Shown: piece after piece, positions 30,778 to 44,985 of the stretch
How the letters are laid out: the number at the start of each line of letters is the position of its first letter
Numbering within the stretch: position 1 is the first letter of the stretch
NCBI GenBank assembly: GCA_964016885.1
Contig: CAXHJY010000941.1
Span: 1 to 64,000, forward strand
Length of the DNA: 64,000 nucleotides
Direction of reading: 5' to 3'
From: Eledone cirrhosa
Lineage: Eukaryota
Translations under genes and position numbers: made by a program
Notes under the pieces: generated by a model
What the model was told of the DNA's origin: nothing
Seen by the model: only the letters and a program-made list of their open reading frames with translations
The model's database searches: none

Positions 30778-32124
30778 TATATATATATATATATATATAT
30801 CATCATCATCATTTTACGTCTGCTTTTCCCTGCTTATATATATATATATGTACATATATATATATATGACTGGGCTTTTATAGTGTGTCAAACAAAATGT
30901 TCAGGTAAATAAACATCTTTGTAACGTTTCTATGAATTTTAAAAGGCAGTTATCATGCCAATGCTACTCTTAGCAACAAAGGGAGATCATCCCACCCTGA
31001 TGATACTGTTTCTAGTTCCTTAACTGAAGTCAGAGATGCTTACTCCCTTTGTTTGCTAAAATTACATAAACTAAAAGCTTATAGCTTTTATGCTTATAAA
31101 CATTGGCTGATGAAGCTCATTTGCACATAGAGCAAAGGTTGGCAGACTCCAATTAATGAGAGGTAGTGATGTTCTCATATTTGTGTGATTGAGATGTGAC
31201 CAGGGTTGTACATTGAGTCATATTGAATCATATTTATATATTGAACATTGTATACAATATATTGATACACACACATGCACAGACACACGCACACACACTC
31301 ACAAATACACAACACCCTGACACAAACACGCAACACCCACACACAAATGCATGAGCTAACACATTATGCACAAGTATGAATTTATACTATACAATATATA
31401 TAGAGATGAGAGAGAAAAAAAATGTTTGCAATAGGAGAGAGAAAAAGAAAGAAGGAAAATAGTGAAATGGAGAAAAAAAATCGAAGAGTTAAGCAGAGAG
31501 AAAGATTTGAGAGACTGAATAAGAAAAATGATAAATGTTCTAATTTAGAACATTTTCATTTCTCATCCCCCACTGTTCTATTCCTACTCCATTAAACTTT
31601 CCAATTTTTCTTTTCCATCTCTTTTTTTAAAATTCATTCTTTTTACTCCAGGACCAGCTGCAAGTTGGAATTTTTGTTCAGGCTATATTCTGAAATAGAT
31701 TTAGATCTCTGTTAAATTTTGTGACAACTCGATAATGTTGCTTCAAGACAAACACTTACACTTAGTATGCATATATGTGTGTGGGGGGAGGGGGGGGGGA
31801 GGGGGGGGGGTGCTTTGTAAGTAAAATTGAGTAGATGGAAATTGTGTGAAGGCCAGTCCTGACACTTTTTTCATGCTGAATCAACTTGAAGAATTATGTT
31901 AAGGGAACAAGTGTCTGTGGAATTCTCAGCTATTTTATATTATAAAAAGAGTACACAGTTCAGTCAACTGAACAATTGGAATATTCATTGTCAAAACTGA
32001 TGGAGTAAAAGAATTCAAGAGCACACACACACACACATATATATAATACATACATACACACACACACACACACGCATATATATACATATATAATACTTAC
32101 ATACACACATACATATATACATAT

Positions 32125-32163
<39 letters not shown>

Positions 32164-33289
32164 CCTTTGCCTTGAATTCTTTGAATATATGTGCCTATGT
32201 GTATATATTTAAATATGTATATAAATCTGTGTAGACATATATATGTGTGCATGGTAGTAAATGAATATTCTATAATATTTACTATATTTTCAATACATTG
32301 TAATATTCTATTTGTAAAAAATTTGTAAGTAAAAAAATTTCCAAGAAGAAATTTCTAAGAAAATATTTTGTAGAGAATATTTCTACAGTTGTTATCGGTT
32401 CACTTAACTTACTAAAAAAGAATAAACTGTAAATCTTAACTTTTGATGTCTTACACAAGCTCCACAACTCCAAAGAGTATTGATCTTATAAAGAAGTGTA
32501 AACATAGCATGAAAAGCTTCCTAGATTATTCTCTTCAAACAAACACCACGGCATCATAACCATAGCAACTCTATGTCTATTTAGTAGACAGAAATGTACA
32601 AAAAGCACAATTGAAGGTTTCTATTAAGAATATAAATTTTGTAACGATATATGTTGTCTACTTAGTAAGTTATGCTTACAAATTTTTTAGTTGTACTGAG
32701 AAAAAACTTACTCATCTATGACACAACCATATGATTTCAGGTTCTTATCCACTGTGTTGCTTCTTGGGCTTCTACTATAGCCTCTGGATAATTAATGATT
32801 AACATTTTGTGAGTGAATTTAGTTGATGGAAATTGTAAAGAAAATTGTTGTATATATGTGTGTATGTGAGCATGTGTGTGTGTGTGTGTCTTTTCTCAGT
32901 ATTTCATGCCTCCAGGCAATGACATTTGTCTATGTCCCACATAAACAATATTCCCTACAGCCAAGTGGTTCAACATGTGAAGCTCAATAGTTTCTTTTAA
33001 AAAACAGGAAGCAAGTAAGGGTTGAGACCAGGAAGGAAATCTGTCTGTAAAATACTGTTTTTAAAAAATTTTCTTTAGGCATGAAAACTATGATGATGAT
33101 GATAATTCATATGTAGAATTAAAGATTGTGTAGCTCATAGAAAGATATGTGTCTTTTTTTAAACTGTAAACTCATCAGCCAATGTTTCAATAGATTGTAA
33201 GGATAAAGTCAAAATGACCAGTATGCAAGGGGTTGAGTATATGTGATGTCCGAACAATTATCCTTCAACTCCAACTAACTTACCCTCTG

Positions 33290-34310
33290 TCTCTGGGTCC
33301 TGGCCGACAGGATGGAGAGTACATTGCCCTGGAGGTCAGCAAGGAATATGCACTAGGACAGCCACTTCAGCTAGCAGGCCTCACACATGCGGGCAGCCAA
33401 CCCCACTCCGAAATCAGTGAGTAGGGATGTTGCCTTGAAAGTCATGTATGCTGGAAGTCTCCACTGCTACATGCTCTACCACAAACTTATCAGAGAGTAG
33501 TGGATATTTGGACAGTTTGCCCTCTTTGGCCTTGTGGGCAGTAGAACCTGGGCAGGTAGCCAAATGCACCAGGTTGCCACTACAGAAGGTGTCACAGCAT
33601 GTAGCATCCTAGATGAAGGGCCTACCCCTGTGGAACAGGAAGATTGTCATGCTGTTTGGCCTTTTGCTATCCCCTCGGTCAAGCCCCATTGGCATGAGCT
33701 GGGAAAGGAAGACTGCACTGTCCTGACCATGCTTTATGATCTCATTGAGAGCAGCATGGCATAGGAGGTGGCCTGCATTGTAATGGCATGATAGTGGGTG
33801 GAGACTAAAAGGATCCACAGTGGTACCGCAGTGGTATTTGTGAGACTCCCTGACATGGAGTCCGAGCCTCAGGGGAACACCGATGTACAAGAAGTCACTG
33901 TCCAGCTGAGTGCCAGTCACAAGTGATGGAACTATGTTGAGCCAGGCACCACCATGGGGCTGGAAGGCTGAATGGAAACATAACAGACAGTGCTGGTCGA
34001 GCCGGTGCACCAGCTCATTTGAAATTATGTTGCAAAAGAGGACCGAGGCCACCATATCTCAGGGATAAGGTGGCCTGTGGCCATCCGGTGTCATCAAACT
34101 GGATGTTGCATATCACTTCAGCAGCCCGTTGGATGCAGATATTGAGATCTGTGATGAGAGATGCTTGGCTGTAGCAGAGGGGACTGTGGAAGGTGTATAA
34201 GGGCTTTGGCATGGTGAAGCAGTTCCTCAACAGAAAGTGTGCCAGGTGGGCTCTGATCAGGCTCAGTCTACATGTCAGGGTTTCTAGCTGGCATAACTTA
34301 AACTTGAGAG
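33290..34310 (-). mobile_element. Decayed CRE-like non-LTR retrotransposon fragment (RT C-terminal region, zinc knuckle, restriction-like endonuclease)
   Basis: QATLSLRYGGLG; PHGGAWLN; LRLGL; HPLSC...HAALNEII; DSKRPNSMT...*DATCCDT; VAVET; QGNVLSIL. Contains stops and frameshifts. Confidence 0.8.
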
Positions 34311-34894
34311 TTTTACAATCAGAAAACCTTTATTACAGAGAACATTTTATTGAGCACTATCATGGATTATAATCTAGTGTGGATTAAAAGTAGAATGACA
34401 GACCAGAATTAATATATCTTGTTTTGAGTTGTATTTAAGATAACTTTAATGTCTCTAATTAAATTATAATAAACAGATTAGTAATAAATCAAACAAGTTA
34501 AATGCAAATAATGAGTGAAGGCATTGTTAGATTAATTAATCTTTCCATTCAGCAAGTTTTTTTTTAATATTTCAACAGAAGTGTCTTCATCAGAAATGTG
34601 TTTTGTTAATGAATACCATCTTGTATTCAGTTTGTGTCCATACTTTAAAGCCACTATCGAGAGAAAGTACTGTATACCTTCTCTCTATAATGTGGTTGGT
34701 GAACAGACTTAGACAACATAAAGTAGAGAGAACACTCAAGCCCTGTTAAATATCTGGTAATTCTTTCTAGTGTTGATGCAACATCAAAATGCATCCAGTA
34801 CACTCTGTAATGTGGTTGCTGATTATACAGAAACAATATAATATAGATAGTACTTTCCAGTCTAGCTGAGCATGTGATGATAAAATGTACTTAG

Positions 34895-35072
34895 TATACT
34901 CTGCAAGGTGTTTTGTATTGGGAAGGGCATCCAGCTGTAGAAACCATGTCGCATATGGAACATATGAGCAAGATGAGGTCTCTTCGATCTGTTAAGTCTC
35001 AGATCATAGCAACCTAGCCAACATATGCCAGTATGGAAAGCAGATAGTAGTGGTGGTGATGATGATGATGTT
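34895..35072 (+). mobile_element. Decayed RTE-type 3' UTR/SINE tail
   Basis: ggaagggcatccagctgtagaaacc...atgccagtatggaaagcag...(gat)n. Confidence 0.7.
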
Positions 35073-35468
35073 GAGTCAGTTAGAAGTACCAAAATGCTAG
35101 TCTGGGTAGCACAGTTGATAATAATTCGCTACTACTATCTACTGCTGCTACTGCCATTGATAAGAACAACCAGGCAAAATAATTTAAACAGTTGGACTAA
35201 TTTAATAAACTACTGCATTGTCACCAAAACTTGTTGAATATTAATCAAAATTTGTTCTCATTATATTGGCTTCGAAGTATGGACATATTTTATGGCTGGT
35301 CTAAAAAGATAAGATGAATACAAAATGTAATTCATTAATTTTCTGATAAAGTCAGATTTCTGCCAAAATATATTGAAAAAATAATTTTTGAAAGGAATGA
35401 TTAATTAATTATCCACCCACAATATGGGTTTACACTAAAAATGGATATACATATATAAATATATATAC

Positions 35469-35532
<64 letters not shown>

Positions 35533-35536
<4 letters not shown>

Positions 35537-35765
35537 AACCAAAGCTGTCCATTCTATTCAATAAGCTTTGTTTAGAATGGACGCAGCTTTGGTTGTTTCC
35601 TCACTCATTCAATAATCAATTAAGTTTGTATTATTAAAATTCAAAATCGTTAGAGTGCACACTTACGTTAATCAGTGAGGGAGACGACTTTGTGTGGATA
35701 AGATTATTGAGATACCTGGATTGATGCATCAGTCTTTACAGTTTTGATCTGCTGTCAGCATGCTG
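35533..35765. mobile_element. Hairpin-headed repeat next to (TA)n; tail related to 48520-48605
   Basis: AAACAACCAAAGCTG-TCCATTCTA...TAGAATGGA-CG-CAGCTTTGGTTGTTT. The tail caattaagtttgtattattaaaattca...agagtgcacac is also found at ~48538. Confidence 0.6.
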
Positions 35766-35777
35766 ATATACATATAG

Positions 35778-36040
35778 CATCATCATCATCATCATTTAAC
35801 GTCTATCTTCCATGCTAGCATGGATTAGTTAGATGGGTTTGTCCCATTTGAGGCAAGTTTGGTCGGGTGATCATGTCTCGCTTGTATAGGACGGTTTCTC
35901 GCTGGTTTTTTATGGCTGCATGCCCTTCCCAATGCCAACCACATTTACAGTGTGTGTGCTGGGTGCTTTTTGCCATGTATCCTACACGACTACTTTACAG
36001 TGTGGACTGGATGATTTGTGGTACCAACATAACTTTAATT
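35778..36040 (-). mobile_element. RTE 3' UTR fragment/SINE, (CAT)n on + strand
   Basis: Closely similar to 25545-25840. Confidence 0.85.
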
Positions 36041-36560
36041 TATATATATATAGTAAACAATAGAAATCTGTTTTCAGTGACAAACCATCCAGCACATGCC
36101 AGTGTGGAAAGTGGATGTAAAATGAGGATAGTTAAATGTTTTGAATTTAATACCTGTATGTATAACATTTCAATTCAAATTACTTTCACCAAGCTGACTT
36201 TGATATGTAAAATTGGGGATTTGCTGTGTATTCTAATTTTTTGAAAATAGAATGAGAAATTAAAGAAGAAATAGAGAGACAGAGGAGAGTGGGCAATGGC
36301 AGAAATGAAAACAAATTTCTTAGAGAAAAAACAGGTCTATTGAAGTCACCATCTCTTGGAAGACTGTTGATTCTGGCGTGTTTTGTTGTATGTACAAAAC
36401 TGTGAGGATATGTGTGTGTATATAAGTTTATAAGTGTTTGTGTGCATGTGTGTCAGCTGTTGATCTATACTGAGCTGTGAGGGTAAGTGTAGAGGTGATA
36501 TATATGTGTGTGTGAGTATGTATATATATATGTGTGTGAGAGTATGTATATATATATACA

Positions 36561-36591
<31 letters not shown>

Positions 36592-36714
36592 GTGTGTGTA
36601 TATATATATAATTTTCACTGTTTAACATTCATTTTTTCATGCTTGCATGGAAAAATGGGTCCTCCCCATCGAGAGACAAGTCTGACCAGGATTGGCCACA
36701 CCGTACCTTGTTCT

Positions 36715-37590
36715 GATGGGACTGTAAATGTCATTGAAATTGACATCCACTATAAACCAACAGACAAACAATGCTAACTATTCACATTTAATACATATGA
36801 TGTCAAATATTCCATTTAATTTAATGAGAAGAGTCTGCACAATTGTTTTAATTTATGAAACTTGGAATACTAGAGTCCAACAATTAAAACAAGTACTGCT
36901 TGAAAGACAGTAGTCATCAATGTTAATAGATAATGGAATAGAATATGCTAAAGCAATAGATATCCAAGAACTTCAAAGATAAAAAAACACTTCACATACA
37001 CTCAATACCCTACCCCTCATCATAACACTCAGCCCCCAAAATACAGAGGTATACAAATTTATCCACCAGAGCATTCTACTATTAAGACAAGACCCTAGAT
37101 GAAGAAAGCACTCCAAATACACAAAATAAAATAATCAAAATCTTTTAAAAAACTACTCACCAGTGCCAAATTGCCCACCATAAACCCAATACCAACATTT
37201 ATAAAGTCTGGTCACCCTAATTGCAGGACTTGCATCAGCCTTATTTAAAACACATCGTATAAATTTAAATCAGGACAAATTTTTATCATAAAAAATAGTT
37301 TTACCCATTTTACAAAAAATGTTTATACATGCTTTGAAGTATAAAGGATGTAATGAAGACTACATAGGACAAGCAAAACATACTCTCAGAAACAGAATGA
37401 CTATTCATTGCCAACAAATACAAGACCCCAGAACTAGACAGATTCCAGTGAGTGGGCACCTAGACTTATGAGCAAGTTCCAAGTTTTCCCACTTTATATT
37501 TATTCAAACAATACCACAGATCAAACACTAATAAATAAATAAAATATATTTATACAAAAATACTAACCACGACTGAATAAACTTTAACAA
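36715..37590 (+). mobile_element. Decayed Penelope-like element: RT C-terminus, Cys linker and GIY-YIG endonuclease
   Basis: IEIDIHYKPTD...NIPFNLMRRVCTIV; GHPNCRTC; KGCNEDYIGQAKHTLRNRMTIHCQQI...PVSGHL. Multiple stops and frameshifts. Confidence 0.85.
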
Positions 37591-37882
37591 AGTACATTCA
37601 TTAACAACTACTCATTCACACACACGCACACACACACACACAATTCTTGTTCATTTTGCTATTTGATATTTGGGCACAATGGTGACTTTTTTTTTTGCAC
37701 ATGCTGCTAATGCCCGGACATAATAGAGAACAAATTTCATGCCTACATCTATGCATTTAGCCACTTAACATTGAATATACAGAGCCTTGATTTTTTTTGG
37801 GAATACACAGATGTAATAGAGAACTAACAAAATTCTATGCCTAATTATGTAATCATCTTAAGCCATTCAAATTCTATCGTAA

Positions 37883-38088
37883 CCCTTTAGCACTTAAACT
37901 GGCTGTATCCGGCCATAATTTTCTCACCTCATTCTGTTCTGACCGGCTGTAACCAGCCACTCATACTGATGTTAAGGTATTGTTCTCAAAGTAAATAATA
38001 TCGAAATATCATAGATTCGATATTATGAGGTAATGCCTTTACCACAAAAATATGATAGTATATATAGAGTAATGTAAATGCTAACGGG
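37883..38088. mobile_element. TTAA MITE, copy 2
   Basis: gtaa|CCCTTTAGCACTTA...TAAATGCTAACGGG|ttaa; internal sequence matches the 29816 copy. Confidence 0.85.
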
Positions 38089-39267
38089 TTAAACAGATAG
38101 CAATTTGAGCCATGTTCTCTCCATAAAACAAAAGAATTTTCAAACTCCAATCAATTATGAGAAATTCTGGCAAAGTTCCTCATCTTTCCTTGTCACTTTT
38201 GAAAATCATGACACTGGTAAAGTGAGTTATTGTAAATAAGTCTTCTTCAAAGCTCTGTGTATTTTCAGAGAATACATTTATTTACTGTTATAAATATATA
38301 TCTTAAATGGGGGATTTTTATGAAGCATTAAAACATATTTACTTTTAATAAATGTAAATAAATGTCCATTTAGAATATTGAAGGGGTAATTGTATACAAA
38401 ACCCAAATCCCCAAAGTTCCAAATACCAGAAATCTATTTTAGCAAAAAATAATTTTATAAAATCTTCTTAAAAACCATCTATTTTCATTTCAAAAATGGA
38501 AGCATATTCAAATGGATTTCTTTTTTGCTTAATGTAAATATATATTAATAAGGTTTATCAAAGGGTTAATCATGAATGTAAATAGTTTCATTAATACGTA
38601 ATTCCAATACTTTCATTTGGGATTATGGTTTGTACCTTATGCAAGCATTTGTTGTTTACAAAAATATATAATTGATGTCAAAATCTTAGCTATAAGTTCA
38701 TAGTTTATGTTGCATGTGTTGCAGAGCTAATTGAATACATAAAAAAATCAATGTGTTTTTACTTAAATAATATAGTAAGTGACTAGTGCGGCTATAAAAA
38801 TTGAATCTAATAATGATAATTATCCTGACAGAGAGATTGTGGTGAGGAGTAGCAAAGGTGGGAGGTAATGTGTGAGAATCTCATGTGGAGGGAGTGGAGA
38901 AAGAAAGCAAGAGAATGATGGGAGGAACAGTAAAAGGAGGAGGAGGAGTAATTGAAGAAATATAATACTGGAGGGGTAATGCAAGCAACAGTAATGGTGG
39001 TTACATGTTCCATTATTATTGTTATGCACCATTCATTCTCTCTCTCCTCAACAAATGTATATGTGTGTTGTATTTAATATCAATGTTTACAAGAAAGTAT
39101 TACACATGTTTTGCTATTGAGCTAATTAAGTTAATTTAGGCTCCAATGGCTACACCATCTTGAAAATAAGATTAAATGAGAACTGAAGTTATCATCTAAT
39201 CCTATTTTTACTTAGTTTACATAAGATGACATACTTGAATGAAATACTTAACCACATAGCCATGCAT

Positions 39268-39490
39268 ATCATCATCATCATTTTACGTCCGCTTTTCCCT
39301 GCTTGCAAGGGTGGGACGGGTCCTATTTAGTATAGCATCTCTCCACTTGTCACGGTCCTTCGTAATCTCCTCCGTGAGCTTCAGCAATATGAAGTCTACT
39401 CTCCGCCCATGTTTTTCGTGGTCTTTCTCTATTGCGTCTTCCTTCTACTGGGATTTCTTGGCACTTCTTTACTCAGTGGTCATCCTCCAT
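39268..39490 (-). mobile_element. 3' end of another RTE-like LINE family
   Basis: (CAT)n ttttacgtccgcttttccctgcttgcaagggtgggacggg. The same terminus recurs at ~30800, 39545, 48205 and 52165. Confidence 0.7.
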
Positions 39491-39784
39491 ATATATATAT
39501 ACACATATGCATACATACATACATACATGACTTGGTCTGTGATGACCCATCCTACCCTTGCTAGCAGGGAAACTTATGTTAAATGATTATCTTCTCCTTG
39601 TATATGAGTTGATCTCAGGGTGTTGTCATTTATGTAATTGAGATCAGTGATCAGTTTCCAGAGCCCACAGTGAAGACATCGACAAACTTTGGCCCTAAAA
39701 CTGATGATGATATATATCAATTGTAATGAATCTCTTACTATAAATATGTATATAAATATTTTAACTGTTCTGATGTAAATATAA

Positions 39785-39973
39785 ATTGTTTCTACCTTTG
39801 GCACAAGGCCAGCTATTACCCCAGTGTATTACTAGTACTTTATTTTATCGACCCCGTAAGGATGAAAGGCAAAGTTAACCTCGGCGGGATTTGAACTCAG
39901 AATGGCAAGGGCCATAACTCTATGCGTCAAAGCATGGTGTCCGACCCTCTACTGATACTGCCAATCCACCACC
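39785..39973 (-). mobile_element. Near-full-length tRNA-derived SINE
   Basis: Minus strand has A-box-like TGGCAGTATCAGTAG, B box GAGTTCAAATCC, the family body and tail ttgtgccaaaggtagaaac. Confidence 0.88.
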
Positions 39974-41704
39974 CTAATATATAAATATAATAATGATAAG
40001 GATGTTATCACAAATAATGACCCACATTGTCTCAAATAAATGATAGATAGATGTTCCTTTATAATAACATGATGCTACAGTTAACATCCATTGGAGATCC
40101 ATTTTGCCAATAAGTAGGAAAAGTAAAGCACCTGTGAATCCATAAGCTAGTAATCCAATGTTGTTATATCTTCTTTTAGTTAGGTCAAGAAATTTTAAGT
40201 TCACAATTTGTGTAATGTCCTTGGATTTTATCACTCTTGATTGTTTTACATTTGTTAGTGCATATCACTGGTGCTGCTTTCTCCCTTTTCCCCTGTAACT
40301 ATTTTCATAAAATACCAGTAAAGTAATGGGGCCTGTATAATTGACTTTCCCATTCCCAACGAAACTATTAGCTTTGTGCCTAAATTAGAAATTATTATTA
40401 ATATCTTAATATCCATTTATGTCATTCTGGCATGGATTGAACAGATCTGCATCACCAACAGTTTTTGTCAGATTTTTATGCAGCAGCATCTATAAATAAA
40501 GAAATTAATAGGATAAATATATAAAATATTTTAAGAAATATCAATCAAATTGCCATCTTCAGTGTAACATAATCACTGATTTAGTGACTAAGATATCATT
40601 CTAAGTGCAATACAATCACAGTAATAGGTCAGGTTCATTCATATAAATAACACAAAGCTGTAGAGCTTCTTCAACATTATTGTCTGTATATATCTATTAA
40701 GTAAAATTATCATTTCACTGATAGTGTCCAATTCCAGCCTCTAATCATACCTAGTATTTACTGAGCAGATCACTTACTCAAACTTCTCTACAATGTTTAA
40801 GTTGGTTGACTCAAAACTTAAAACCTTGTAATATAATAATTAATAGTATGTCTAGATTTATTGATTGTTCTTTGTAATTATAATCTTAGTTCTGAGGGGA
40901 AACGTTTTTCATTAATATTAAAAATAATATCAGTATACGATGATACTCTTTATGAGGGGCAGATATAGTGTAATGCTGTACTAAATAACCTATTGTAATT
41001 CTGTTTTGTTCCTCTGTGTTATAAGTTGAAACATTATCAGAATTTACTTAAATTCCATCACATTAGTTCTGTTAAAATAAACACCATGCATCTACTGGGA
41101 CCAGTTCAGGTGGTAGTTATGTCCCACTCGAGTTGAAGAAATATGTGAAATCAATAATTTTATTTTTGTTTAGCAGTACTGCAACAAGTTGGTCGAAATC
41201 ATAGAACATTAGACTAAATGTTTTACACTGTTTAGTTTTCCCCCCTATGTTCTAGCCCTAAATTGTATTGATATCAACTTTCATTTCATTTTTCCATGCT
41301 TGATAAAATAAGAACCAATAATATTCTGAAATTGATTCATTCACAATACTCCTCCCCAACAAAGATTGATCTTATTTGACCAAAACAGTAGAATTCTAGA
41401 CTAGTTGCATTACTGTATATATTTTTTTTTAATGGTTTAACCAGATGAGGAAGGACATGAAATATTATCCTTTCCAGATTCTCAGAGGCCGGTAGGAATG
41501 TTTGCAACAGAATGGACACAACTAAAGGCATCCAAAAGCTAGGTGCAGATATTACCTCTTTTGGTGCCACACAGCCTGAAACTACCCCAGGTTCTATGAT
41601 ACAAAACTTTTTATTTTAAAGTGTCTATATTTATCAAAAAAATTTCCTTCATCAAAATTTTATATAAGAACCTTTAAGTTATGATCCAGGCACCATCTTA
41701 ATAA

Positions 41705-41797
41705 TTCTTTCTAATATTGGCACAAGCCCAGCAATTTAGGAGGAAAATCAATTACATCGACTCCAGTACTTGACTGGTACTTTATTTTATCGACTCC
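41705..41797 (-). mobile_element. SINE 3' fragment
   Basis: ggcacaagcccagcaat...ccagtacttgactggtactttattttatcgac. Confidence 0.7.
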
Positions 41798-44384
41798 TAG
41801 ACCTCTCTGTCTTACATTGCCACATCCACAATGTTAACAACAACTAATTTTCCACCTTGGTATGGTACATCCTCAGGCTTTAAAGAACTGATGTGCCCCC
41901 CTCAAGCTACATACTGCTGCACCCACATATCCACATACAAAACATACACACAAAACATATCCATACACACATACTATATCATCACCTATACAACACATAC
42001 AACCATTTCATACATTCACAGTTTTCAAATGCTCCTACATAGTCCACATTCAATCCTATCCATCACATACATACACACTACTATTTTGATTCACTAACAT
42101 TTTACTAACCTCTTCTATTCTGCCCTCTCTCACTCTCATCAGATTTCTGATTTCATACCATACCAGATGCTAATCAAATCACATACTTTTTCTTTTCTTT
42201 AAAAATATTATTTTTCTTTTTCTTTCCAGTTAAAGGACTACTGTCCAAGACATTGAATACACTCTCTTATTTCTTCCTTATAGCATAAAACTAATATCTT
42301 TAACACTGTATTTGTATTCCTCATCGTCAACATCATTGATTATATCTATTTTCATGCTTGCATAGTTTAAATGAGTTGTCACATTTTGAGGCTAGGAAGG
42401 TTTTCCTTTTGACATCGTTTTTATGGCTGAATGCCTTCTTAATGCCAACCACATCATAGCATGTGGAAATACCACTATCACCCGGCAAGGTGAGCTCCAT
42501 GAATTTTATTGTGGCACAGGCCTCAAAATGTGACAACCAACTATGCAAGTTTGGAAATAGATATAAAAGGATGATGACAATGTGGATTTTTTTTCTCATG
42601 TTTTATCTGAGAGATATATTTATCATTTAGTTTTGACCTTTGAGGACTTGTGTCAATGTAATGTCATTAATTGAAAATGGGCAACATGTTGCAAAATCTA
42701 AATGCTATGTTTCTTTTTAAATCTGAGATTTTAAAGAAGTCAATATAGATTAATTCAACTAAACAAAAAATCTTTTTTTTCCTGTTCTTCATGTTTTATC
42801 TTTTTTTACTTATTTCATAATTTATCTGTAAACACTATATCAAAAGTCTTCCCCATGGATACATAAGTATCTCTATTGTTATGCTTCGTGTAGTCAAATC
42901 TAAATTATAATATTATAGGTTTTGTAAATACAGGAAAACTAATGCTAAAGAAAACATCAAAGAGCTCCTAAAAAACCCAATAAAAATGGTGCCCATTCAT
43001 TTTTTTTATTTATATACGATTTCATAAATAATATATAACCAAAATCTCTCAGTTAATGTTTTCCAAATCTAGCTCAATTGCAGACTGCCCTGCCATGAAC
43101 AGAGCACACACGGGACATACATATGCATGCACGCACGTGTAAAAAGTGCTTCATGTATCTGTTTTATAAAACTCTTTCGAAATAAACATACCCTAAAATA
43201 AGCAATGAGTTAAACAGAAATTGCATTATAAATAGTAGATCAGTTATAAAAAGAGACTTATGGAAAATCTAAACAAGCTGTGCCAGTGATGTTACATGTA
43301 ACAATTCTAGAATTAATAAAAACACCTTTTACCTGACACAGATTTATATTTCAAAGCCCTCTAATGGGGATATTAAATGTATCAAATTAGTGGTGGTAGT
43401 TGGATGTAAAGAAAGGGACCTACCATCATTCCTTGTTTTGTTTTCATTCTTTAATTTTTTTCTTTTTGAGTATTTTTAATTTTTTTTAAAAATCTACTAA
43501 TATATAATACGTTTGTGTATTTCTCCATCACAAGAGATGACTAAAAAAGTAAGGGGTGATGACAAACTGAGAAAGGAAGGGGTGGCAGCATTCAATATTT
43601 GCTACATCTGAGTGTGTGTATATGTATAGCGAATTGGTTACACACATTGACTGCTATGATTATGTGTGTGTGTGTATATGTGTTTGTGTAAATTTTATTT
43701 ATAATATTTATGTGATGTATATGTGTTTGTGTGTGTTTATTTATAAAGTTACATAGACAATAGAATTACAAACACACACGAATCTACACATACATTTATA
43801 TATACAGACACGTAGAAAAAATAATTATTATATACAAACACATCTATGTGATGATTGAGGAAGGAGGGGTGAGAAACTATAGAAGTCCAGCACTCTAAGA
43901 TTTGTCACAGCTGTTTGTTTGTATGTTTGTATCACTTGTGTGAGTGAGTGTGAAGGAACCAACCAACAAACAAACAAACATCTCTTTTTTTATATTATGT
44001 ATACATATTACAATTAGCCATCATTTTTTACGGCACGGGGCGAGCTAGTTTATATTATAATAACACCAGCCTTTGTCTGCCTGTCACACAGACACCAACT
44101 AATGTAACTAAATCCTTTTCCATTGGTTTCATTGATACCAGATGTGAAAATTGTATATGCTAACAATGCTCTTTCTTTCTTCCTTTCTCTCTCTTTCTCT
44201 CTTCCCATTTCTCCTACTTGTAGTTAATAGCTTCTGTTACCTAGGCGATCAAATTTGCAGTGGAGGAGAGTGCGCCTGATGCATTGTAGCCAGAATAAGA
44301 ATGGGATGGAAAAAGTTCAGAGAACTACTCCCATCTGCTGGTAACAGAAGGATTCTATCTCTGAGAAAAGAGTAGATTATATGG

Positions 44385-44985
44385 TGAATATGTATGAAAA
44401 GCAATGTTGCATGGTAATGAAACATGTAGAGGATGTAAAAGGGTTAGAAAGAAATGATGCTATTATGCTCTGCTGGATGTGTAACATTAGTGTGAATGAA
44501 CAACTAAGCACGGCTGATGCATATGGGTGATGATTGATAAGTGAAGAAGTTTTGGGAGTTCTAAGTAAAAGGAAGGTGTAGAAGAGGAAGACCAAGGAAA
44601 ACCTGTGCAAAAGTGGTGAGAGCTGATCTCAGAGAAGGTGACGACGGAATGCACAAGTGAAGAAAAACTGTGCTGGAGAAGATCTGTCCACTTTATGCAA
44701 GCATAGAAAAAATTGAGTTGTATAGGTTTTCTCCAGCATAGAAACTCATCACTTGTGTCTTCTACTTCCTGAGGATCATCTTTCATCATTTCTTCCAACA
44801 CTTCCTTTGGTCTTCCTATTTTCCACTTGAATCAATTAGCATTTCTTTACCCCATTCACATCTTCTATATGCATCATGTATCCATACCAGCTTAATCTTC
44901 TCTCTTGACCATCATCTCTGATTAGTCTTATAGAATTGTTTTCTCAGCTCATCTGTCCTCCATTGTTCTAGCAGTACACACCAAT
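44385..44985. mobile_element. Two old RTE 3' fragments, tail-to-tail
   Basis: + strand VEDVKGLERNDAIMLCWMCNISV; minus strand ERRLSWYGYMM at ~44870-44905. Confidence 0.65.

Noticed and set aside
31651-31720. Strong polypyrimidine/AG acceptor on + strand
   Set aside because: All three frames stop within ~20 codons and no convincing donor follows.
39880-39973. tRNA gene
   Set aside because: Only A/B boxes of a SINE head; no cloverleaf.
39974-40234. 86-aa minus ORF with a hydrophobic stretch
   Set aside because: No recognisable domain or splice support; length expected by chance.
44015-44050. Helitron-like 3' end (cggcacggggcgagCTAGT)
   Set aside because: Weak hairpin and no identifiable 5' end.
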